From positions 35 through 64,034 of the forward strand of contig JBHPJE010000007.1 of assembly GCA_042568205.1 (NCBI GenBank): a DNA stretch of 64,000 bases, in the 5' to 3' direction. How positions within the stretch are numbered: position 1 is the stretch's first letter; each line of letters starts with the position of its first letter. Shown in pieces: positions 27,463 to 35,582 of the stretch. The translations under genes were made by a program, and so were the position numbers. The DNA comes from Patescibacteria group bacterium (lineage in GTDB: Bacteria; Patescibacteriota; Gracilibacteria; UBA1369; PNNO01). Below the pieces are notes generated by a model. The model saw only the letters and a program-made list of their open reading frames with translations. It made no database searches and was not told where the DNA came from.

Positions 27463-27582
27463 ATGTATAAAAAAATTATACAAAATTTTGGGAATAAACT
27501 TTACAATAAATCAAATGGTTCTTATACTGTTCGATGTCTTTTCTACAAGGCTTTTTTTCAAAATTAGTTAATCAAAATTATT

Positions 27583-29124
27583 ATGCCTCGATTACCTCGT
27601 AAACGACCGATTGATTATATCCTTCCATTTTTAATCATGATTTGTGCAGGAGTTATTGTTGTTCTTGCATTCCAACTTTTTCAATCTTTGAATCAAACTG
27701 ACGATGATAAGGAAATGTATATGTACATGGCTAAAGGTAATGCCAAAGTACTTCAATGGGGATCAGGAGAATGGGAGAAAGCATATAATGGTACAAAAAT
27801 CCTTCAGGGAGATTCTTTAAAGACTCAAAGAGGAGGAAGATTAGTAGTTGAATTGTTTAATGATCACTATTTAAGAATGGATCAAAGTTCTGAAATTGTA
27901 TTTAGTGAAATAAAAAAGAATGGAGATGCTTATGATATTAATTTGATATTAAGAGAAGGTAAGGTTTGGATTAATAATGATGAAAATTCAGAGACTCCTG
28001 TTAAATTTATGGTTAAAACTGATCATACAATTGTGAAAACAGTTTCAACTATATATGAAGTTGAGCAAGATGAAGACGAAGAGGTTATTCGCGTAATTAA
28101 AGGAAGTATTGTAGCTGACATTATGGTTGAAGAAGATGGTGAAAAACGAAATGTTGAATCTATTCAGATTGGAGTTGGTCAGGAAGCAGTAATAAATGAT
28201 TCAGATGTTGCAGCTTATGCTGACAGAGAGAGTCCTTCTGTAATAGAAGCAATTTCTAATAATTTTAGAGAGACAACTTTCTATAAATGGAACATGGCAG
28301 AGGATAAAAATCCTACTGATTATTCAATTAAAACTAGTACTGACGATGAATTTGATTTTGATGAAGAAGAAGATGAGGAAGACGGAGAAAGTGACTTAGC
28401 TAAGCCTGAAATCGAGACTCCTTCTACTTTGAATTTTACAACAAATGAAGATTCTTTAACTATTAGAGGTACGACTTCAACAGAAACAAAGAAAATGATG
28501 GTTGATGTGGTAAGCGATGGTGTAGACAATACTTATGAACTTAATTTATATGTTCCTGGCGGAACTGATTGGAGCTTTGCTATATCAGAAGATGCTGGAA
28601 CTCTTGCTGGAGGTGTTAACACATATGAATTTTATTCAATTTCTCAAAACGATGCAGAATCAAAGAAAACTAAGCTTACAGTTAATTTAGGTGATGTTCA
28701 TGCCGAAGATGAAGATCCAGAAGACGATGAAGAAGAAGATGATGAGGAAGAATTAGATTTACCACCTTTAGTAGCTCCAACTGTTGATACTTATAATGGA
28801 GGGGAATCAAATGAAGATGATACAGGTTCAGTAACTGTGTTAGGTTCAGTTGAAGGTGCAGAAAAGATAATCGTAGATGGATACACATTGTCTGCATTTG
28901 AAGCCGGGGATACATCATGGAGTTACAATGCTCGTGAAGCTTTAGGAAATTTAGAAGCAGGTGAAAATACTTATGAAGTTGAAGCAGTTGCACCAGATGG
29001 ATCAACTAAATCAACTCAATTCACAATAATCTACACTCCTTCAGAAGAAGAAGAGGAAGAAGAGCCAGCTGATGATGAACCTGTTGAAGATGATCCTGCT
29101 ACTGAAGAGCCAGCAACTGAATAG
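27583..29124 (+). CDS. membrane-anchored FecR-domain-like protein with acidic repeats
   Basis: The 513-aa ORF has an N-terminal TM helix and a FecR-like beta segment (LRMDQSSEIVFSEI..VWINN). Asp/Glu-rich linkers and Ig-like C-terminal modules follow. Confidence 0.55.
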   Translation: MPRLPRKRPIDYILPFLIMICAGVIVVLAFQLFQSLNQTDDDKEMYMYMAKGNAKVLQWGSGEWEKAYNGTKILQGDSLKTQRGGRLVVELFNDHYLRMDQSSEIVFSEIKKNGDAYDINLILREGKVWINNDENSETPVKFMVKTDHTIVKTVSTIYEVEQDEDEEVIRVIKGSIVADIMVEEDGEKRNVESIQIGVGQEAVINDSDVAAYADRESPSVIEAISNNFRETTFYKWNMAEDKNPTDYSIKTSTDDEFDFDEEEDEEDGESDLAKPEIETPSTLNFTTNEDSLTIRGTTSTETKKMMVDVVSDGVDNTYELNLYVPGGTDWSFAISEDAGTLAGGVNTYEFYSISQNDAESKKTKLTVNLGDVHAEDEDPEDDEEEDDEEELDLPPLVAPTVDTYNGGESNEDDTGSVTVLGSVEGAEKIIVDGYTLSAFEAGDTSWSYNAREALGNLEAGENTYEVEAVAPDGSTKSTQFTIIYTPSEEEEEEEPADDEPVEDDPATEEPATE

Positions 29125-30123
29125 TTAAAGATACTTCGCTTTATTCACATTATGCTCATCATTATTTCGGGCATATTTAACTTCGCCTGTGTCTAAAGTT
29201 GTAAGGTAGTACCAATATTCAGAATCTTCTGGGTGCATTGCTGCTTCGATATGCTCAATATCAGGATTTGAAATAGGCCCAGGAGGCATTCCAACATATA
29301 AACGAGTATTATATGGAGAATCCAGCTCAAGGTCAGCTGCGTTGATTGTAGTCTTTTTAGTGACGTAAAGAATTGTAGCGTCTGCACCAATGTGCCAGTT
29401 TGAATCTAGGCGTTTCCATAAAATCCCAGAAACAAGCCCAAAATCTTGAGGAGTTCGTACTTCTCTTTGAAGGATTGAAGCCATAGTTATAGTGTCGTGC
29501 ATAGAATTTCCCCAGGAATCGATTGGAGATTTTAAAGTTTCAATTTTTTTCTGAAAATTATCTAAAAGCAATAGAATAAATGCATCTGAATTAAAATCAA
29601 CAGTATCAATAAAGTAAGTGTCTGGGTAAAGATAACCTTCTAAAGGCAAATCAAGCTCAGATTGAATTTCAGGGCTTAAAAACCAATAATCATCGTAAGA
29701 ATCAAAGTTTCTTACTGCTTTTTCAAATTCTCCATCATGAATAACATCCATTTCAACTAATTTATCTTCAATTTGACTGATTGTGAGTCCTTCCTGGATT
29801 GTAATTGTTGCTTCAGATGATCCTATTTTTGAAATTTGTTCAATAATATCGGGAACATTCATTGATTTATTGAGGTCATAACGACCTGCAATGATATCTT
29901 TGTCTGCACCGATGATTCTTGTGTAACCGTAGAACAAAGTTCGATTTTTGATTAGCCCGTTTTCTGTTAAAATATCAGCCACATCATTGGCATTTGATCC
30001 CTTTTTAATATTTATAGAAATATTTTCAGAATCAGAAACATCAACAGGATTATAAATTGAATTATGCACATAAAATCCGCCAATAATTAGCACAACTAAA
30101 ATAAGGAATAAGAATTTTTTCAT
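29125..30123 (-). CDS. mltG: endolytic murein transglycosylase MltG (YceG family)
   Basis: The 332-aa ORF has an N-terminal anchor and the YceG motifs ASILQREV and SGILWKRL. Confidence 0.88.
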   Translation of the reverse strand: MKKFLFLILVVLIIGGFYVHNSIYNPVDVSDSENISINIKKGSNANDVADILTENGLIKNRTLFYGYTRIIGADKDIIAGRYDLNKSMNVPDIIEQISKIGSSEATITIQEGLTISQIEDKLVEMDVIHDGEFEKAVRNFDSYDDYWFLSPEIQSELDLPLEGYLYPDTYFIDTVDFNSDAFILLLLDNFQKKIETLKSPIDSWGNSMHDTITMASILQREVRTPQDFGLVSGILWKRLDSNWHIGADATILYVTKKTTINAADLELDSPYNTRLYVGMPPGPISNPDIEHIEAAMHPEDSEYWYYLTTLDTGEVKYARNNDEHNVNKAKYL

Positions 30124-30135
30124 ATATAAAGTTTT

Positions 30136-30429
30136 TTACATTCCAGGCATTCCACCAAGTCCCATATCACCCATAACATCTTTCATTTCTTCTGCTCCGT
30201 ATTGTTGAGACCTTTTAATTGCTTTATTCATTGCTTTTTCAATGCTATCTTCAAGTTTTTTCTTGTTCCCCATAGCTTCATCAGTAATGTTGATTGAAAC
30301 AATTTCCTGTTGTCCGTCTACAGTCACAGTTACACCTTCAACTTCGGCTTCAATATGCGTATTTTGAAGCTTTTTCTTGATTTGTTTTGCTTGCTTTTGA
30401 AGTTGATATAAATCTTTAAATTTATTCAT
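30136..30429 (-). CDS. ybaB: nucleoid-associated protein YbaB/EbfC
   Basis: The 97-aa ORF has the family pattern (KQAKQIKKKLQ.., VTVDGQQEIVSI) and a Gly/Met-rich tail. Confidence 0.88.
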   Translation of the reverse strand: MNKFKDLYQLQKQAKQIKKKLQNTHIEAEVEGVTVTVDGQQEIVSINITDEAMGNKKKLEDSIEKAMNKAIKRSQQYGAEEMKDVMGDMGLGGMPGM

Positions 30430-30553
30430 TATTTTTGGATTATTTATTACACGAAAAACATGATACCGTCATACGGATTTTTAGTAAAGATAGACTTGCT
30501 TTTAGGGGTCTTTTTAGCTAAACTTTCACAGCAATATTACTAATTTAGATAAA

Positions 30554-31267
30554 ATGGAAACGATAACATTAGAAGTAAAGACTCGTGATGCAGGTTCTGC
30601 TCGCGAAATTAGATCTCAAGGAGCAATTCCTTGTAATTATTATGGTGAAGGCAAAGAAAACCAAGTTTTCGCTGTAGATTATCAAACTTTTAGAAGAATT
30701 TTCGAAAAAGGTGGAGGAAATACTGTACTTGAACTTGATATTGATGGGAAAGAAAAGATAAACGTGCTAGTTCATGATGTTGATTATGACCCAGTTTCAG
30801 ATCTTTTTACTCACATTGATTTTAAATTTGTTGATTTGGATAAAGAAGTTACAACTGATGTTCCACTAATTGCTACTGGAGAATCTAGAGCAGTACGTGA
30901 AGAAGGTGGTACATTAATGCAAAATAGAGATGCTCTTACAGTTAAGTGTATTGCGAGAAATATCCCGCATGAACTTGAATTCGATATTAGTGTTCTTGAA
31001 GACTTCCAATCTTCTATTCACGTTGGCGACATTAAACTTCCAGAAGGTGTTGAAGCAGTTGATGATGAAAAATTAACAATTGCTACAGTTATTGCTCCTA
31101 GAGCTGAAGAAGAAGAACCAGAAGAAGAAGTAGTTGAAGGCGAAGAAGGTGCTGAAGGCGAAGAAGGTGCTGAAGGTGGTGAAGCTAAAGAAGGTGGAGA
31201 AGAAAAGAAACCTGAAGGAGAAGCTAAAGAAGGTGGAGGAGAAAAGAAAGAAGAAGGCGGAAAGTAA
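30554..31267 (+). CDS. rplY: 50S ribosomal protein L25 / general stress protein Ctc, with a Glu/Gly/Lys-rich tail
   Basis: The 237-aa ORF has the L25/Ctc fold pattern (RDAGSAREIRSQGAIPCNYYG, HIDF). The tail is encoded by tandem 18-bp repeats around 31135-31170. Confidence 0.88.
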   Translation: METITLEVKTRDAGSAREIRSQGAIPCNYYGEGKENQVFAVDYQTFRRIFEKGGGNTVLELDIDGKEKINVLVHDVDYDPVSDLFTHIDFKFVDLDKEVTTDVPLIATGESRAVREEGGTLMQNRDALTVKCIARNIPHELEFDISVLEDFQSSIHVGDIKLPEGVEAVDDEKLTIATVIAPRAEEEEPEEEVVEGEEGAEGEEGAEGGEAKEGGEEKKPEGEAKEGGGEKKEEGGK

Positions 31268-31289
31268 AGAAAGGCCCTTAACTTCTTAT

Positions 31290-32357
31290 ATGGAAAGAAA
31301 AAGACTTAATCTAATCCTTTATGGTGCCGCTGCATTATTAGTAATAATAGTGTTAGCAGTTTGGTTTACTGCATTTTCACTTCCAGTGGAGCCTGTTGAA
31401 GAAGATGTTGAAGTTACAGAAGAAACCGAGTCAGATTTACCTAAAATTGATAGTGCAAATGAATCTTTAATTGATGGATTGCCTATTAGAGAAGAAAAAG
31501 AGCAATCAGTTGCTGTGATTATTGAAAATCATACTGATGCTAGAAGGCAGCAGGCAGGTTTAGGAGATGCAAGTTTGGTTATTGAAGCAGAAGCAGAAGG
31601 TGGAATTACTCGCTTTTTAGCAATTTTCCCATATCAAAAAACTGAAAAAGTAGGACCAGTCAGATCTGCACGTCCTTATACTGTAAGATGGGCTGAAATG
31701 TTTGATAGTGCTTTTGTACATGCTGGAGGCAGTGACCTTGGATTTAGTACAATTTATAGTAGTGGGAGAATCTTAGATTTAGACGGGCTTGCTTTAGAAG
31801 GTGGTTTGAAATATTTCACCCGAGATCATCTTTATTATGCTCCTCATAATCTTTTTGCGAATTTGGTAGAGTTGCGAGAACTGGCTGAAGAAAGAGGTTG
31901 GGATAGTGAAGTGGAAGAGCCTGTATTTAAATTTGGATCTTCTTTAGATAACGGGGAGGTTATTGAAACAGCAGATACTGTGCGAATTTATTATCCTTGG
32001 CCTCAATATTACGTTCGATATGAATATGATTCAGAAGATAATGTGTATAAACGATATCAGGCTGGTGAAACTCATATTGATAAAAACACTGGAGATCAAA
32101 TTGCACCTTCTAACGTGGTTGTTATGATCACAAATTATTACCCTACAGATGAAGAAGGTCGTTTATATATGAAAACAGAAGGAAAAGGGGATATGTATCT
32201 ATTTAGAAATGGTAAAGTTTTCCCTGGAACATGGGAAAGATACACAACAAGCGATGTTTTAAAGTTTTATGCTGAAGATGGAGAAGAATTAAACTTCGAA
32301 AAAGGTCCAACCTGGATTTCAGTAGTAAATCAAACAGGTGGTATGCAATGGGAATAG
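31290..32357 (+). CDS. DUF3048-family secreted/anchored protein
   Basis: The ATG at 31290 gives MERKRLNLILYGAAALLV (TM helix). The family signature is AVIIENHTDARRQQAGLGDASLVIEAEAEGGITRFLAIF. The track start at 31134 lies in an alternate frame of the L25 tail. Confidence 0.8.
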   Translation: MERKRLNLILYGAAALLVIIVLAVWFTAFSLPVEPVEEDVEVTEETESDLPKIDSANESLIDGLPIREEKEQSVAVIIENHTDARRQQAGLGDASLVIEAEAEGGITRFLAIFPYQKTEKVGPVRSARPYTVRWAEMFDSAFVHAGGSDLGFSTIYSSGRILDLDGLALEGGLKYFTRDHLYYAPHNLFANLVELRELAEERGWDSEVEEPVFKFGSSLDNGEVIETADTVRIYYPWPQYYVRYEYDSEDNVYKRYQAGETHIDKNTGDQIAPSNVVVMITNYYPTDEEGRLYMKTEGKGDMYLFRNGKVFPGTWERYTTSDVLKFYAEDGEELNFEKGPTWISVVNQTGGMQWE

Positions 32358-32367
32358 TATTAAAGTA

Positions 32368-32596
32368 GCGCCAGGTCAGAACGCTATTGGTGTTCTGCCC
32401 GTGTTGTTTGCGTCGGTCGCGTCTCCCCTCGAGAGGGAGGCCCACTAACTGCCCAACCTTTGAAGCGCACGGTTGTGCACTTTTCCGCGACGCACAGCTT
32501 TTGTTGCACCTCACCATCACGGTAAGCATGCAACCCGTGGTGTGCGTACAAACGGGTACACGAGGCATTACACTAACAAACGAACTGACCTGGCGT
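32368..32596. ncRNA. 229-nt GC-rich structured element closed by a 12-bp helix (unclassified, strand uncertain)
   Basis: The closing helix pairs gcgccaggtcag (32368-32379) with ctgacctggcgt (32585-32596). Rod-like continuation pairs are ttggtgt/acactaa, tgcc/ggca, cgtgt/acacg and gtttg/caaac, with internal hairpins. By hand count, 32401-32460 is about 60% G+C. The G-U pairs favour the plus strand, but the promoter and flanking tRNA context favour the minus strand. Confidence 0.45.
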
Positions 32597-32670
32597 TAGG
32601 CGGTACCGGATTTGAACCGGTGTCCTTCGGGTTCCTAGCCCGACGAGCTACCAGACTGCTCCAACCGCCA
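32597..32670 (-). tRNA. tRNA-like gene with an initiator-type body and anticodon loop CUAGGAA (anticodon AGG), no encoded CCA
   Basis: The minus strand folds as UGGCGGU UG GAGC AGUCUGGUA GCUC G UCGGG CUAGGAA CCCGA AGGAC ACCGG UUCAAAU CCGGU ACCGCCU A. All stems are perfect except a U1-U72 mismatch. It has A11:U24 and three G:C pairs closing the anticodon stem, as in bacterial tRNA-fMet. Confidence 0.7.
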
Positions 32671-32828
32671 CTAACGGAGTCCAGAAGAACTCCTTGATGA
32701 ACTTGATCGAGAAAGGAGGAGCGACATCCCCACAATTAGGGATGCCCTTTTGCGCCACACCCGTGGCTTGCGGAACCCCAAACAACAACCGACCGATCTT
32801 GTTCACAAGAAATACTCTGAACTCCTAT

Positions 32829-32914
32829 TCGAGGCGAGAGGATTTGAACCTCCGACTTCTGGAGTAGTTAGATGATAATAACTCCAGTGCGCTACCAGAA
32901 TGCGCCACGCCTCG
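32829..32914 (-). tRNA. tRNA-like gene with a Pro-type body and a 12-nt-expanded anticodon arm, no encoded CCA
   Basis: The minus strand folds as CGAGGCG UG GCGC AUUCUGGUA GCGC A CUGGA GUUAUUAUCAUCUAACUAC UCCAG AAGUC GGAGG UUCAAAU CCUCU CGCCUCG A. Acceptor, D and T arms are canonical (C1:G72 and A73, as in bacterial tRNA-Pro). Between the 5-bp anticodon stem strands there are 19 nt instead of 7. Confidence 0.5.
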
Positions 32915-32966
32915 TATAGGTTTTTACACAATGAAAAAGAACAATGGTAAAGAACCATGGACGCTT

Positions 32967-32994
32967 ATTATAAGACTTCGCTTGCCAAAGTCAA
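32967..32994 (-). promoter_or_regulatory. consensus sigma70-type promoter driving the RNA island
   Basis: On the minus strand, TTGACT (32994-32989), a 16-nt spacer and TATAAT (32972-32967) lie 52 nt upstream of the 5' end of the tRNA-like gene at 32914. Confidence 0.55.
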
Positions 32995-33005
32995 GGAATA
33001 ATATT

Positions 33006-33293
33006 CTAATTAACTAATTCCTCTAATAATTGTCTCATTTCATGTTGTTTTAGCTCTTTTTCATGAGTCTTTTTTATTTGTAAAACTTTTTCTTCTTTGT
33101 TTTTGAAATCAAGGTTAACAATGACTTCGTCGCCAGGTTGAATTCCTTTAGGGAGCCTTTCCTCTGGCCAAAAGAAGACATCTCCATCATGCATTTCTTC
33201 TTCATTATTAAAAGAGCCGCAGAAGACGAACTCAGCGAGTCCGTCCTCTACGGTAATTAATTTTGCTTCTTTTAATTCGTTACTTTCAGTCAT
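33006..33293 (-). CDS. small hypothetical protein (95 aa, possibly DUF3006-like)
   Basis: The ORF lies immediately downstream of hppA. The N-terminal beta-rich region followed by a charged helical tail only loosely resembles DUF3006. Confidence 0.45.
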   Translation of the reverse strand: MTESNELKEAKLITVEDGLAEFVFCGSFNNEEEMHDGDVFFWPEERLPKGIQPGDEVIVNLDFKNKEEKVLQIKKTHEKELKQHEMRQLLEELVN

Positions 33294-33321
33294 TTGTAAT
33301 TAGTAAATCTAAGGTTCTATC

Positions 33322-35400
33322 TTAACCCCAAATCACAAGTCCTGCAATCATTGGTGCAATAATTAGTGAAATAGTGTTGATAACCTTTATCAACGCATTC
33401 AATGCAGGGCCTGCTGTATCCTTATATGGATCACCAACAGTATCACCAACTACTGCAGCTTTGTGAGCGTCTGATCCTTTTCCACCAAAATGTCCGTCTT
33501 CAATATATTTTTTAGCGTTATCCCAAGCTCCTCCACCTGTTGACATGCTAATCGCCATTAAGAATCCAACCACGATTACACCAACAAGCATTCCTCCAAG
33601 AGCCAAAGGCCCTAAGAAAACACCAACTAATATTGGTGAAAGAACAGCTAAGATACCTGGGAAAAGCATTTCTCTAAGAGCAGCTTTAGTAACGATATCT
33701 ACACATTTTCCATATTCTGGTAAAGCTTTACCAGTCATGATCCCTTTAATTTCTCTAAATTGTCTTCTAACTTCTAATACTACTTGGTGAGCAGCTTTTC
33801 CAACAGATTCCATCAATGAAGAAGCGAATATAAATGGTAAAAGTCCTCCAATGAATAAACCAATTAATACCCAGTGATTATTTAAAGAGAAAACAAATTC
33901 GCTACCAGATTTTGCAAGTTCTTCAGTATATGCCTGAAATAATACAAGTGCAGCAAGTGCAGCAGATCCAATAGCATATCCTTTAGTTACAGCTTTTGTA
34001 GTGTTTCCAACTGCATCTAAAGCATCAGTGTTCTTTCTAACTTTTTCAGGTAGATTTGCCATTTCAGCGATTCCACCAGCGTTATCAGTAATTGGACCAT
34101 AAGAATCAGTTGCAATAACTAATCCAGTAGTTGAAAGCATTGCTACAGCAGCGATTGCGATACCATAGATTCCGTTTTCAGCTGAAGATTGCATACCAAA
34201 GTAGTAAGCAACGATAATTGCTACAACGATCAATACAACTGGTAAGAACGTACTTTCAAGTCCAACTGCTATTCCAGAAATAATGTTTGTTCCAGCTCCA
34301 GTTTCAGATGCTTTTGCGATTTTTCTAACTGGTTTATATTCAGTTGAAGTATAGTATTCAGTAATAACATTAATGAATAGAGTAACAAAAAGACCAACGA
34401 TGGCAGCTAAGAAAATCCAGATGTCACCAATCATATAATAAGTAACACCATAGAACCCTGCAGCAGATATAAGTCCTGTTACAATCATTCCTTTATATAA
34501 AGCTCCCATAATATTTCTCTTCTTCTTTCCAAGTCTTACAAACCAAGTTCCAATGATCGAAGCAATTACAGCAACTGCACCAAGAGCCATAGGATATTCA
34601 ATTCCTGGAATTCCAAGTGTAGTAGTTAATGTAGAAGCAGCTAAAATCATTGCTGCAATTAAAGTAACTGCATAAGTTTCAAATAAATCTGCTCCCATTC
34701 CTGCACAATCACCTACGTTGTCACCAACGTTATCAGCGATTACAGCCGGATTTCTTGGATCATCCTCAGGAATTCCTTTTTCAATTTTTCCCACTAAGTC
34801 TGCTCCAACATCTGCAGCTTTTGTGAAGATCCCTCCACCAACACGTGCAAATAATGAAATTAAAGATGCACCAAAACCAAATCCAATTAATAGATTTGGA
34901 GCGTCACCAGCTGGCACACCAAGTCCTACAGTAAATAAATAATAAAATCCTGCTACTCCTAAAAGTGCAAGACCTACAACAGCAAGTCCAGTTACAGCAC
35001 CACCTTTAAAGGCAACATCCATACCTTCTCTTAGACTTTTTGAAGCTGCTTGAGCAGTTCTGACATTTGCTCTAACTGAAACGCTCATTCCAATATATCC
35101 AGCAAGTCCTGAGAAAACAGCACCTACAAAAAATCCAACAGCTAATAAAATTCCGTTATTGTAGTCTCCAGCTGGAATTGTAAAAGCTAGAATAAGAAAT
35201 ACGAGCACAGCAAAAACTAAAACTGTGAGTGATTGTCTATGAAGGTATGCTGATGCTCCTTCTTGAATAGATTTTGCAATCGATTGCATCTTTTGCGTTC
35301 CACTATCTTTCTTTAACACGTGGATAGTTAATCCAACCGCATAAATTAAAGCAAGTATAGCTACCGCAATTGAGATGATCGGTACATCAAAGATGTTCAT
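33322..35400 (-). CDS. hppA: membrane-bound ion-translocating pyrophosphatase (K+-dependent type)
   Basis: The 692-aa polytopic protein has the signature motifs [19 protein letters not shown] and [23 protein letters not shown] has Ala at the K+-dependence position. Confidence 0.95.
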   Translation of the reverse strand: MNIFDVPIISIAVAILALIYAVGLTIHVLKKDSGTQKMQSIAKSIQEGASAYLHRQSLTVLVFAVLVFLILAFTIPAGDYNNGILLAVGFFVGAVFSGLAGYIGMSVSVRANVRTAQAASKSLREGMDVAFKGGAVTGLAVVGLALLGVAGFYYLFTVGLGVPAGDAPNLLIGFGFGASLISLFARVGGGIFTKAADVGADLVGKIEKGIPEDDPRNPAVIADNVGDNVGDCAGMGADLFETYAVTLIAAMILAASTLTTTLGIPGIEYPMALGAVAVIASIIGTWFVRLGKKKRNIMGALYKGMIVTGLISAAGFYGVTYYMIGDIWIFLAAIVGLFVTLFINVITEYYTSTEYKPVRKIAKASETGAGTNIISGIAVGLESTFLPVVLIVVAIIVAYYFGMQSSAENGIYGIAIAAVAMLSTTGLVIATDSYGPITDNAGGIAEMANLPEKVRKNTDALDAVGNTTKAVTKGYAIGSAALAALVLFQAYTEELAKSGSEFVFSLNNHWVLIGLFIGGLLPFIFASSLMESVGKAAHQVVLEVRRQFREIKGIMTGKALPEYGKCVDIVTKAALREMLFPGILAVLSPILVGVFLGPLALGGMLVGVIVVGFLMAISMSTGGGAWDNAKKYIEDGHFGGKGSDAHKAAVVGDTVGDPYKDTAGPALNALIKVINTISLIIAPMIAGLVIWG

Positions 35401-35582
35401 AACGATAGTTTGTTAAAAGAAATAAATAAATTTAAGACCGCCAACCATATTAGCGAAGACAAGCGCAAAAGTGAAGCTCATAGCATATAAAAGATTTGCC
35501 TAAAATAGAGTTTTGTTGGACAATTATTTCACTTATCATAAAAAATTCATTAAAATCTAATTATTATTAATAATTTATTTAT

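Noticed and set aside
25777-27582. Candidate DnaA boxes (for example TGTGGGAGT, GGTTCCACT, TTTTCTACA).
   Set aside because: The best matches are only 5-7 of 9 to TTATCCACA. That is not distinguishable from chance in AT-rich DNA, so I did not annotate an oriC.
31134-31289. The N-terminal 52 residues of the track ORF at 31134-32357 (KAKKVLKAKKVLK...).
   Set aside because: This stretch is an alternate reading frame of the GAA/GGT-rich tail of rplY. The DUF3048 protein starts plausibly at the ATG at 31290 with a TM helix.
32203-32697. Track ORFs at 32203-32568 (-), 32387-32599 (+) and 32473-32697 (+) inside the GC-rich island.
   Set aside because: Their translations are Arg/Cys/Pro-rich and look like nonsense. 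They overlap each other and the tRNA-like genes, and they have no start context. The open frames are explained by high G+C (few stop codons) in structured RNA.
32763-32776. The plus-strand GUGGCUUGCGGAAC resembles the RNase P CR-V motif (AUGGCUUACAGAAC).
   Set aside because: The only possible P4 partner (GGAGUCCAG at about 32674-32682) is 80 nt away and pairs poorly. No AAAGUCC or S-domain is present, and the region is antisense to the promoter-driven tRNA-like locus.
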